Source: Bacteroidota bacterium
GTDB lineage: Bacteria; Bacteroidota; Bacteroidia; UKL13-3
Reading direction: 5' to 3'
Assembly: GCA_947485745.1 (NCBI GenBank)
Contig: CANKQY010000001.1
Location: 742-64,741 of the forward strand
DNA length: 64,000 nt
The position numbers and the translations under genes are program-made. Below the pieces are notes generated by a model that saw nothing but the letters and a program-made list of their open reading frames with translations, did not search any database and was not told the DNA's origin. Of this stretch, positions 11,301 through 19,894 are shown in pieces; the first letter of the stretch is position 1; each line of letters starts with the position of its first letter.

Positions 11301-14300
11301 GCCATGTATTACCCCCTGGAGTAACTGTTGTACCTGTCATTGGAGAGGTACCAGACCAATCCACAAATCCATCTAATTGGCAAGGCTGACCATCAATTCT
11401 ATCTGCTAAAGAATCATAATTTAATAAAATAAAAGTTCTCTTTACGCAATCAGGGTAAGTACCAGGATTTCCCGCGCTGTTATCAAAAACAAATCTTGGA
11501 TCACCTCCACTATTACCGCTTTTTAAATCTGGGCATTCTTTACCATCTTTACCCAAACCATAAGCATCTACACCAACCAATGGTAATTGAATGGTAGCTT
11601 CTGTTCCGCAATCCATAAAATCAACAAAGAATTCATCATCGCGTTTTAAAATGTATGAACCAGTGCCATCGGTTAATATTGGGTATGGTTTGTAGTTATA
11701 AATTAATCCTTCATAAACAGAAGTAATTAATAAAGTTGCATTACTAGCACCACCAACTAAGGTTACAGTTTGTCCAGATAAATAACCAATTCCAGGTGAA
11801 AGGATTAATACTGTATTTACTGCACCAGCGGCAACACCTACTCTTACTTTTAAACCAACTCCAGAACCACCAGTAACTAAATAATCACCTGCAGCATACC
11901 CTGTACCACCACTAGCTACTTTAACTTCCCCAACTAAATTATCTATTGATTTAGGCGTAGTAGTTCTGCTGAATGTATCGCTTACCAATGTTAATGGGAA
12001 ACCTGGGGTGGTATCTGTTCTTTGCACAATGATAATTTTACCACCATTCATATTAATTCTAGAGAATGATTTATATGGATCAGCAGACTGGTTATTGAAG
12101 CTATCTTTTTCAAACAATTTCACAGTATAACATGCGGCAACCGACCTATCAAAGAAATATTCGTATAAGGTTTTGATTCCACCAGGCAATAAATCATCAC
12201 CTTTATAAAATCTTCTATTGGTACCATCAGGCAATCTATCGTTCATCGCTGGAACTAGCAGCCCAGCTCTTGTAATCCTTGTACCTGCAGGAATGGTATA
12301 TTGCCAATATCCTTTGGCATTTGCAAATGGATCTGGAATGGCACCAGCTAAGGTTATAGGTCTGTTAGGATTAATATCTGCTGGCCAAATTCTACCTAAA
12401 GTATCAATTCTAGAAGGCGTGGTTCCGGCAGAATACATTGGTTGACCCCATTTAGCCGTATCTAGTGGATGAACCAAACGAGTTGGTGCTCCAGGCAATC
12501 CAGTTATTTTTGAGGCATCTTTTGCCCAAACAGTTGAATCGTATGGCGGAAAATCATGTCCATAATAAAACCACCTGTAAATATTACTCCATTTTTCAAA
12601 TTGGTGAATAGGCAGAGTATCATGTGAAAAATTACAATTTACTCTACCAGGGTAAATCCTACCACCAGCTATAAACCTACCAAGTGTTCTATTAAACATA
12701 TCGTTGGCATTGGTATATGGCTCCAAACCTTGCCTAGCGGCACTTGGGTTTGGTATAGAATAAGAAGTACATTGAGGTGCATAATTATCTGCAAAATCCC
12801 ACCTGATGTATAAATTATTTGATTGATAAGCCAAGCTTGTATTCACAAATTCAACAGGTAAATCTGGTCCACATTGTGTAGCTAAAAAAGGTTTAATTTT
12901 TACAGGGGTAATTGGGTCTTCAATTCTAACCAAAGGCCCCATAATATTAACACCAAAACCTCTTAATTGCGATTCTCTCTTTTTAATTGGCGCCTGTGCA
13001 GTATTATCTGTAAACCATTTCCAATAACTAACTATACTGTCTCTTGGTAAGCCATTAGACCCCATAATCCACCTGTATTTTGAAATAGAATCCGTAGCTT
13101 GGAAAAAATAACCATTGATTGTATTTAGGTTCGGATTCAATATCGGCGGTGGCACATACTGGCTATCACTTAATTGTGCGGTATCTATCCTCGACCAAAA
13201 ATTTAGTCGTTTTATAGGTTGCCCCGGGCAAGCTATTAATAAGGTTGGGAAATAATGGCCAAATCCTTGGTAGCGGTAACAAGGTGTGACTTCATTTAAC
13301 TTCTTATCTGAACCCGGTGGATTGGCATTTGGATCAGCAAAATCCCATAAAAGTTGAATTTGCGAATTTACGCCTTGCAAGGGATACATGTTATATAAAC
13401 AAACACTGGCAAGATTTCTATTTTGCAAACAAACACTATCTGCTATGGTGTCATTATTATTAGTTCTGCGGCTACGAATATCAAATTTCAATACAATGTT
13501 TTCTGGCAGCTGATTACCACTCATAACGTATTCAAAAGTATCAGCACAATTGTATTGTTTGTGGCGAACAATTAAACGAGGATTGAACACACCATTTTTG
13601 ATATACTTATAGGTAAAAATACTCCAACGAGGCAAATCTGCAACAGCTATTGGCGATTGAGATTGGTAAACACTGTCATCATCATATTCCCACCTAAACC
13701 ACAATAAATTTGAGGTTGAAACTGGTGTATTGTTCACAAAAATATAAGGTGTGGTATCACACCTTGGCGTACCACTCACTGTAAAACGTGGATTGATATT
13801 GGGAGCAACAAAAATAAATTTGAACTCTTTTGTTTCGCAACCACCAATATCTGTTGTGGTTAAACCAACATTGAATCTGCGATTTCCTTGCGTAAACCTG
13901 TGGCAGATATTTCCACCTGCCAAAATTGAATTACTATCTCCATCACCCCAAGTATAAATTACTTTTCCAATAGGCAAACTAGGCGCTGCTCCTGCAGTTG
14001 TATTGTCTTTAAAACAATAATAATTGTATTTAAAACATTGCGAATCCTGGCTTATTAAACTAAAATTAGCCACTGGTCTATTGTAAACCGTATCCCAAAC
14101 ATTTGTTTCTAAGGGAGAACGATTAGTAAACCTGGCAGTAACTTTAACATTGTAAATACCAGCCGCTGGGTACTGATAGGTTCTGGTATTAGATACCGGG
14201 CTACCGATATTATTGATACTTGAATCTCCATTTCCCCAATCAAATCTGTATGAGGTTACATCATTAACACTCACACCCGTAAGAAAGATGTCAACTTGGA

Positions 14301-14424
14301 TAGGACTCCCTAAACAAATTACACGTGGCAACACGTTCATGCTAATTGACTGTGAAAAGGCCGAGTTAGCTATGAGCCAACATACTGCCGATAAAGCTAG
14401 TCTAGTAATTAATCGTTTCATCAT
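8311..14424 (-). CDS. Large secreted PKD-repeat protein with gliding-motility-associated (type B T9SS, CHU_C) C-terminal domain
   Basis: Signal peptide; PKD-like motifs (FDWGNG, YTWGDG, WDFAD, WWFGD); C-terminal IPNVFTPNGDGYND...IWNRWG...GTITLLRE. Confidence 0.88.
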   Translation of the reverse strand: MMKRLITRLALSAVCWLIANSAFSQSISMNVLPRVICLGSPIQVDIFLTGVSVNDVTSYRFDWGNGDSSINNIGSPVSNTRTYQYPAAGIYNVKVTARFTNRSPLETNVWDTVYNRPVANFSLISQDSQCFKYNYYCFKDNTTAGAAPSLPIGKVIYTWGDGDSNSILAGGNICHRFTQGNRRFNVGLTTTDIGGCETKEFKFIFVAPNINPRFTVSGTPRCDTTPYIFVNNTPVSTSNLLWFRWEYDDDSVYQSQSPIAVADLPRWSIFTYKYIKNGVFNPRLIVRHKQYNCADTFEYVMSGNQLPENIVLKFDIRSRRTNNNDTIADSVCLQNRNLASVCLYNMYPLQGVNSQIQLLWDFADPNANPPGSDKKLNEVTPCYRYQGFGHYFPTLLIACPGQPIKRLNFWSRIDTAQLSDSQYVPPPILNPNLNTINGYFFQATDSISKYRWIMGSNGLPRDSIVSYWKWFTDNTAQAPIKKRESQLRGFGVNIMGPLVRIEDPITPVKIKPFLATQCGPDLPVEFVNTSLAYQSNNLYIRWDFADNYAPQCTSYSIPNPSAARQGLEPYTNANDMFNRTLGRFIAGGRIYPGRVNCNFSHDTLPIHQFEKWSNIYRWFYYGHDFPPYDSTVWAKDASKITGLPGAPTRLVHPLDTAKWGQPMYSAGTTPSRIDTLGRIWPADINPNRPITLAGAIPDPFANAKGYWQYTIPAGTRITRAGLLVPAMNDRLPDGTNRRFYKGDDLLPGGIKTLYEYFFDRSVAACYTVKLFEKDSFNNQSADPYKSFSRINMNGGKIIIVQRTDTTPGFPLTLVSDTFSRTTTPKSIDNLVGEVKVASGGTGYAAGDYLVTGGSGVGLKVRVGVAAGAVNTVLILSPGIGYLSGQTVTLVGGASNATLLITSVYEGLIYNYKPYPILTDGTGSYILKRDDEFFVDFMDCGTEATIQLPLVGVDAYGLGKDGKECPDLKSGNSGGDPRFVFDNSAGNPGTYPDCVKRTFILLNYDSLADRIDGQPCQLDGFVDWSGTSPMTGTTVTPGGNTWPGFFNLVNFPPFPGGPWTDPNGAVNWTHYKPNGAWPYTNSPKDKRGYVTVGLILGTGCLNISTCGTPASQPACFTDTVWYHNFFHFISLDAKFTYRKVGGYSAYGNPSMLPSQDYGWDTTRNFIQTNPAGTPPLLFTPNGGYREPWSRLFGKGDIIEFDANTKQQDFILADVWDWADGTLTVDSFYTNAEDTFVKLDPINFPNDSAFFEKNTYPRNRVRYQFSAETAPWTILSQTIPYPVGVRVFKSVRFDTIWQCTDPTHQYPPQAIKQVNTLIDTAFFLHPVRHQYFMSSYEMPAAPGSTLKKNEITEVQHNVVTVTECTNAASRQIVIGVMDTFYMKEGNNLSDGVLCIGQTVNFVDSIRYWYPKSGGQYNPSRPLSPGEEPLLRFLDLHGAGMINYPIDSIKTFPNVTKYYSTIANSCATGWQFIQQGTAPNIYNFCVKVDTNFYERIYWDFQSDGIIDATGKNPSYKFDKPGKFKISMITRDTVGYFDTCFMYQDVVEPKAKFLSKGIFACSDPTIFFDSSYVIDNCFATTGYPCDQIKERRWWFGDNGYGKDNYFSTLLNPYYPYRKNGWYNVMMVIETNQGCFDTTRQDVYISGPRPRIKLLSDTLGCVPYKVRVVSFPNDSGTLSATASTLIRSGRSDGVYNAIVTNNPDTIDIIYDTEGIYYITAAGYDKNPPVLATCPPIIIPDTINGLEKAIKIYVKNPYHVEMETDKDKVCVGEVFKVSNLSDMDTITKFRMYAFNENFTAIADTAFKTNFDQDSAFKYVFYQSGKYNLVMHSTRFIPNTPKCESKDTVQVTALKTKADLDATLIELPKYAVLNKSDSANASSYYWAIYRPDGSEYLPKLYVPSNNDPYFHLGVVDFKNDTGDFWICIWALTEGVDNCYDSVCKKVNNNFQTEIDIPNVFTPNGDGYNDVFNIKIKGNEVYDLKIWNRWGGKVFESTDAKVMWNGKTNNTGEDNPEGTYYFVFKYQLRGKEEVTVRGTITLLRE

Positions 14425-14496
14425 ATATATATTTTTACTTTTTTGTCTTCTTTATTTGTTTGCCAAACTACAATTTTATTTTCAAATTTCTAGTCC

Positions 14497-15372
14497 CTAC
14501 CTAAACAGATTAATAAATCCACGTTTAGTTTGTCGCTCTGTTTCATCATTTAACTGATAGTCAATTACATAAATAAATCTCCCACTTGCACAATCCACGC
14601 CTGTCTTCCAATTGGTGCCATTCCAAGTATTGTTTAATTGATTGCTTTCAAAAACCACCTCACCATTTGCATCCACAATAGAAACATGATAATAAGATGC
14701 ATGATCTATTTGCACCTTCCAGGTATCATTTAAACCATCACCATCAGGACTAAATGCGTTGGAGATTATTGGTTCAAACGCATTGGTCTTGATGTCGTTA
14801 TTTTCCTTGCCTTGAAAATTTCTATTACTGTAGGCTCCTTTTGGTTCATTCTCTTTTTCCTTGGTTTCACTATCCTTGGCGGTAGCTTTTACAGGGGGTT
14901 CGGTTTGATCCAAAGCCTTATCGATGCTAGGGATTTGCGCTGGTTGGCTAAGCTCAGAATTTATTTGATTGCTAATTGCTTCAATTTGCACTTTGCTTTC
15001 CAAAAATTGCTTTTTTGTGCTAATTTTTGCTTCACCTTTAATAACAGTTTCTGGAGCCAATATAGTTTCTTGCTTCAACTCTCCTTTTTCAATAGTATTT
15101 TCTTGTGGAGGCAAATTCGTTTTTTCAACTTCCTTTTGGTTCAAACCGAAATATAAACCAAGCGAAACAAACGACACACCAACAACTACAGCAATTTTAC
15201 CACCCAAGCTAATTTGCTTAATGGTATTCATTAATTGATTGCCCTGCCCACTTGGTGCTGGCGAAACTTGAATTTGCTTTTCTATAAAGCTCCAAGCATC
15301 GGCAGGTGGAATTGGCTCAAAATTGGCCATCCCTTCTTTGATGAGTTGATCTATGTTTAAATTATTTTTCAA
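14497..15372 (-). CDS. Putative anti-sigma factor: cytoplasmic N-domain, one TM helix, linker, type-B T9SS CTD-like domain
   Basis: N-terminal DQLIKEGMANFEPIPPADAWSFIE; TM IAVVVGVSFVSLGLYFGL; C-terminal ISNAFSPDGDGLND...RGFINLFR. TTG start overlaps the sigma stop (TTGA). Confidence 0.72.
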   Translation of the reverse strand: MKNNLNIDQLIKEGMANFEPIPPADAWSFIEKQIQVSPAPSGQGNQLMNTIKQISLGGKIAVVVGVSFVSLGLYFGLNQKEVEKTNLPPQENTIEKGELKQETILAPETVIKGEAKISTKKQFLESKVQIEAISNQINSELSQPAQIPSIDKALDQTEPPVKATAKDSETKEKENEPKGAYSNRNFQGKENNDIKTNAFEPIISNAFSPDGDGLNDTWKVQIDHASYYHVSIVDANGEVVFESNQLNNTWNGTNWKTGVDCASGRFIYVIDYQLNDETERQTKRGFINLFR

Positions 15373-15920
15373 AATCTACTTTTTTCTTTGTTCAATTGAT
15401 TCCAATGCTGGATAAATAAAGCCCTGGCCCTAGAGAGTTGACTTTTAGAAGTGCCCTCACTAATTCCAAGCATTGATGCAATTTCGGCATGATTAAAACC
15501 TTCAATAATATAAAGGTTCAAAACAGTTCTATACCCTGTTGCCATATTGCCTAAAACTGCTAGAATTTCTTTTTGTGTAATCTTCCCCAAAGCCTCAGGT
15601 GCTTGTCCAATTCCATGAGCATCCTCTAAATCACTTTGTTGTTGATACACCTTATTTACTCTATAATGCTCTAAGGCAGTATTTATAAAAATGCGCTTCA
15701 TCCATCCTTCCAAAGAACCTTTTCCAGTATATTGCTCTAGCTTGGTAAAAACCTTTACAAAACCATCTTGGAGTATGTCTTTTGCATCCTCCTTGGTATT
15801 GCCATATCTTAAACAAACCGCATACATACTGCTGCTAAAGTGCTGGTAAAATGCCTTCTGAGCTTTTACCTCTCTTTTTAAACATCCTTGTATTATATTA
15901 TCCTCAAGTTGCTTGCTCAC
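15369..15920 (-). CDS. ECF (sigma-70 family) RNA polymerase sigma factor
   Basis: Region 2 DAKDILQDGFVKVF and WMKRIFINTA; region 4 EIASMLGISEGTSKSQLSRAR. Confidence 0.95.
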   Translation of the reverse strand: MSKQLEDNIIQGCLKREVKAQKAFYQHFSSSMYAVCLRYGNTKEDAKDILQDGFVKVFTKLEQYTGKGSLEGWMKRIFINTALEHYRVNKVYQQQSDLEDAHGIGQAPEALGKITQKEILAVLGNMATGYRTVLNLYIIEGFNHAEIASMLGISEGTSKSQLSRARALFIQHWNQLNKEKSRF

Positions 15921-15940
15921 TTTTTCAGTCTTATTTAAGC

Positions 15941-15968
15941 AGATGAATTAAATTGTTTGAAGGTTGCA
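15941..15968 (-). promoter_or_regulatory. Putative ECF-type autoregulatory promoter
   Basis: Minus strand TGCAAC-N17-CATCT ending 20 bp upstream of the sigma GTG start; fits the general ECF AAC...C(G/A)T pattern. Confidence 0.5.
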
Positions 15969-16052
15969 ATGCTCCGATTTTTTTTCTTAATTATTCGTTA
16001 ATCCTTTGCCTTATAACAAATTTCCAAAATAAGTGGTAATTTAGTCGAACAA

Positions 16053-18863
16053 ATGCGTTGGCTAAGATACTCCATATTTCAATTATGTTTATTGCTTGTT
16101 GCAGGCAATATTTTAGCACAATTGCCTGAACCGAGCCAACAAGCCACCGATTTTTTTGAATGGCGCGAAAATAAAGGTCAGTGGGACCCAAACATTTATT
16201 TTCGTTGCAAACAGCATACACTTGATTTACAATTAGGGTCCGATTTTTTTTCTTATTATTTTTTTGATGAGGCGCAATTAGATAGACTGCACTCGCACGG
16301 ACCAGTAAAATCAAACCCTGCGGCAGGTGATACCCTTCTTAACATGTATGCCTTAACTTTTAAATTTATAGGCGCACAGCAATCTAAACCAATTCTTACC
16401 TCACCTAAAACACATTATTATAATTACTACATTGGCAATAATCCTACACATTATGCCAACAAGGTAAGAGCATCCAATCATGTGGGCTTAGCAAGTATTT
16501 ACAAGGGCATCAATGTGTTGGTTCACTCCAATAAAAACCAATTAAAAATGGAGTATTGGCTCGAACCAAACGCTCAATTAAGTGATATAAAAATTGAAGT
16601 AAATGGGGCAAGCAATGTTTATTTAGAATACGGCGATTTATATATACAAACACCAAAAGGCTTAATAAAGGAGCAGAAACCCTATTCATACCAAATTATT
16701 GGCGACAAAAAAATTGACGTATCTATACACTATTTGGTAAATGGCAATGAGATAAGTTTTGTAGCAGACGAGAGTTATAACCCAAGTTACCCTTTGGTTA
16801 TAGACCCTGAAATTGTTTTCTTAACCTACTCTGGCTCCACCGAAGATAACTTTGGCTGCTCTGCTACTCCGGGTGAAAATGGCACTTTATACGCAGCAGG
16901 CATCACCACTGGCGATCCCACTTCATTGGGCAAATACCCGGTTACGGCAAATGCCTTCCAACTGGCTTATGCTGGTGGTGGCAATGCAGAAGGTGAGTTA
17001 TTGGGTAGATTTCCATGTGATATTACCTTCAGTAAATATAGCTCAGATGGCAAAACATTGTTATATGCCACATACTTGGGAGGGTCAAACAACGAGGTAC
17101 CTCATTCATTAGTTGTAGATGATAGCGCCAATTTGATCATTATGGGAAATACCTATTCCAATAATTATCCTGTTTCCAAAAACGCCTATGATACCAGTCA
17201 TAACGGCCGACACGACATCATTCTAACCAAGTTTGATAAAGATGGTAAATTAGTAGGTTCAACCTATTTGGGTGGAGTCGGAAACGATGGCATTAACACC
17301 AATAACACTACTCAATATTTTTTTGCAGATAGCTACCGAGGCGATGTAATTGCTGATTCTATGGGAAATATTTATGTGGCTTCCTTTTCTCAATCAAGCA
17401 ATTTCCCCACAACTCCGCTTTGCCTTCAAAACACCCTCAAGGGATTTCAAGATGGCGTAGTGTTTAAAATGAGTCCCGATTTAAAAAAACTCACTTGGAG
17501 CACCTATTTAGGAGGGAATAACATTGACGCCTTTTACAGCCTCGACCTAGAGCCCAATGGCAGCATGTGGCTTTCTGGCGGCACCAACAGCACCGACATT
17601 CCTGGCACAATTGGTACGCTTAACCCCGGTAATTTAGGAGGAAAAGCTGATGGTATCATTGTTTTGCTGGATGCAGCAGGCAGGAATATTCTAAAATCAA
17701 CCTATTATGGCACCAGTAATTACGATCAAATAATTTCATTAGAAATTGACCAAGATGATAATATTTACATTGTAGGACAGAGCTTAGGTAAAATACCTGT
17801 AACCAATGGCGTTTATAACAACCCAAATTCTCATCAATTTATTGCTTGTTTGAGCCCAGATTTAAAAACCAATTTGTGGTCAACCGTTTTTGGTTCAGGC
17901 CGACCCCAAATTGACCTCACCATTAATGCATTTTTAGTAGATGAATGCAAAAGAATATATGTGAGCAGTTGGGGTGGGGCAACCGCAACAAAAACAGATG
18001 GCTCTTTATCTTCTACAGATGGAATTCCTGTTACCGCTGATGCGTTTCAAAACGTTACTGATGGGAGTGATTTCTATTTACTCATGCTCAATAAAAACGC
18101 CTCTGGCTTGCTTTATGCTACTTTTATTGGTGGCGACAATCCAAATAACTCAGGCGACCATGTGGATGGCGGTACCAGTAGGTTCGACAAAAAAGGGGTT
18201 GTTTACCAGAGTATGTGCGCCAGCTGTCCAAATAACAATATTCCATTTACTGATCTGCAAACAACACCAGGAGTTTATGCACCAATAAATTTGAGTCCGC
18301 GTTGCAGCAATGCTGCCCTCAAATTTGATTTTAGAATTCAAAATGCTAATTTTAATTGGGAGGCAGATACCTGCGCTTCAATTTTCAAATTCAAAAATTT
18401 GACACCAAATGCCTCTAATTTCTTTTGGACCTTCCCCAACGGTGATACTAGCTTTGAGGAGAGTCCTACCAAACAAATTGCCAGTATCTATTATGGCGAC
18501 ACCATTAGACTTATTGTGGAATTTGGCACCAATTGCGCTGATACTGCTTACGGCTTTGTGAGTTTACCAGATTCGCTCGATAAGTTAAATGTTCCTAATG
18601 TATTTACGCCAAATGGCGATGGCAAAAACGATGATTTTAGAATTGAAGGAGTAAGTGGCCAATGCAATGAAACCGAGGTCTATATTTACAACCGCTGGGG
18701 TCAACTCTATTTTAAAGACGATGTGAGCTATTTTAGCTGGGACGGCAAAGATGATAAGGGCATAGAAGCGCCCGAAGGCGTTTATTTCTTTATCCTAAAA
18801 ACCAAAAAACTCAATACCGGCCAACAAGAAGAGTTACACGGAACCATTACGCTGATTAGATGA
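16053..18863 (+). CDS. Secreted SBBP beta-propeller repeat protein with PKD-like domain and type B T9SS CTD
   Basis: Signal peptide; WRENKGQW N-domain ending LVIDP; repeated (S/A)TYLGG units; C-terminal VPNVFTPNGDGKND...IYNRWG...GTITLIR. Confidence 0.88.
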   Translation: MRWLRYSIFQLCLLLVAGNILAQLPEPSQQATDFFEWRENKGQWDPNIYFRCKQHTLDLQLGSDFFSYYFFDEAQLDRLHSHGPVKSNPAAGDTLLNMYALTFKFIGAQQSKPILTSPKTHYYNYYIGNNPTHYANKVRASNHVGLASIYKGINVLVHSNKNQLKMEYWLEPNAQLSDIKIEVNGASNVYLEYGDLYIQTPKGLIKEQKPYSYQIIGDKKIDVSIHYLVNGNEISFVADESYNPSYPLVIDPEIVFLTYSGSTEDNFGCSATPGENGTLYAAGITTGDPTSLGKYPVTANAFQLAYAGGGNAEGELLGRFPCDITFSKYSSDGKTLLYATYLGGSNNEVPHSLVVDDSANLIIMGNTYSNNYPVSKNAYDTSHNGRHDIILTKFDKDGKLVGSTYLGGVGNDGINTNNTTQYFFADSYRGDVIADSMGNIYVASFSQSSNFPTTPLCLQNTLKGFQDGVVFKMSPDLKKLTWSTYLGGNNIDAFYSLDLEPNGSMWLSGGTNSTDIPGTIGTLNPGNLGGKADGIIVLLDAAGRNILKSTYYGTSNYDQIISLEIDQDDNIYIVGQSLGKIPVTNGVYNNPNSHQFIACLSPDLKTNLWSTVFGSGRPQIDLTINAFLVDECKRIYVSSWGGATATKTDGSLSSTDGIPVTADAFQNVTDGSDFYLLMLNKNASGLLYATFIGGDNPNNSGDHVDGGTSRFDKKGVVYQSMCASCPNNNIPFTDLQTTPGVYAPINLSPRCSNAALKFDFRIQNANFNWEADTCASIFKFKNLTPNASNFFWTFPNGDTSFEESPTKQIASIYYGDTIRLIVEFGTNCADTAYGFVSLPDSLDKLNVPNVFTPNGDGKNDDFRIEGVSGQCNETEVYIYNRWGQLYFKDDVSYFSWDGKDDKGIEAPEGVYFFILKTKKLNTGQQEELHGTITLIR

Positions 18864-19145
18864 TAAAATAGCCCGGCGCGCTTACGCCCGGGAATATTGA
18901 ATGCCCAAAATGATCCAATAGGCCTTCAGACCTTTTCTGCTTTTGTAATATTATCAGCGCTAACAAACCCTGCATTTTATCCAGCAACATTATTATTCAA
19001 GCCTATTAGGATTGCGAATAATCTGCAATTCATCAAAACTTGCAATAAATCCAAACCTGATAATTGCGACCTGCGACATTTTTTGGCATTGTTTTTGGAT
19101 AAGAAAATAATATCATTAACTTTAACTACAATAAATCACAAAATC

Positions 19146-19751
19146 ATGAAAACAAATCTTAGAATCCTGTTACGTTCAGGAGCACTTTTATTGGCATTTG
19201 CAGTTGCTTTTGCTTCTTGTAAATCTAAAAAGAACAAGGTAACTCCAATTGAAAATAGCACTGGCGCAGTTGAAATCAGTGTTCCTTTTAGTGAGGGCAA
19301 ATACTATTCCGATAAAGACAATTTCCGCGCAAAGAGCAGCGGTAGTAGTCCAGATTTACAAACAGCCAAGAAAATTGCTTTGCAAAATGCAAAATCTGAA
19401 ATGGCCGGTTTGATCCAAACTACTATTAAAAAAGTAACCGACCAATATACCCAACAACGCACCGTTGGCAACCAAGTTGATTTCAACAACAAGTTTGAAG
19501 AATTGGCTCGCGAGGTTACTAACCAAGAATTAGTAGATGTGAAAGTTTTGGGCGAAAAATTATTCAAAGAAACCAATAACTCTTATACCTATTGGATATC
19601 CATTGAGGCCAACAAGCAAGCCGTATTAAATGGCATAGAAAAAGGCATTGCCAATAACAAAAAAATTGAGCAAGATTACGACAAGAAAAAGTTTGAAGAA
19701 ATCTTCAATGCCGAAATGGATAAACTAACCAAGGAACGCAACGGCCAATAG
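19146..19751 (+). CDS. LPP20-like lipoprotein
   Basis: Start moved to ATG 19146; lipobox FASC; TAKKIALQNAKSEMA helix typical of LPP20-like folds. Confidence 0.7.
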   Translation: MKTNLRILLRSGALLLAFAVAFASCKSKKNKVTPIENSTGAVEISVPFSEGKYYSDKDNFRAKSSGSSPDLQTAKKIALQNAKSEMAGLIQTTIKKVTDQYTQQRTVGNQVDFNNKFEELAREVTNQELVDVKVLGEKLFKETNNSYTYWISIEANKQAVLNGIEKGIANNKKIEQDYDKKKFEEIFNAEMDKLTKERNGQ

Positions 19752-19764
19752 TTTATTTTTCAAT

Positions 19765-19874
19765 ACAAAGAAACAAAGCAACAATTTTTTTTCCTTTAAG
19801 CCTTGAGCTTAATTTTTAAAAAAATTAAAGAAAAAATATAGACGCTAAATTAATTTGTTGCTTTGTTTCTTTGT
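19765..19874. repeat. Perfect 20-bp inverted repeat with 70-bp spacer
   Basis: ACAAAGAAACAAAGCAACAA (19765-19784) and TTGTTGCTTTGTTTCTTTGT (19855-19874). Confidence 0.9.
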
Positions 19875-19894
19875 GTAAAAACCATCCAAAAAAA

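Noticed and set aside
18897..19145. 83-aa N-terminal extension of the first LPP20-like ORF
   Set aside because: The lipoprotein signal peptide starts at ATG 19146; the upstream part is probably promoter or UTR.
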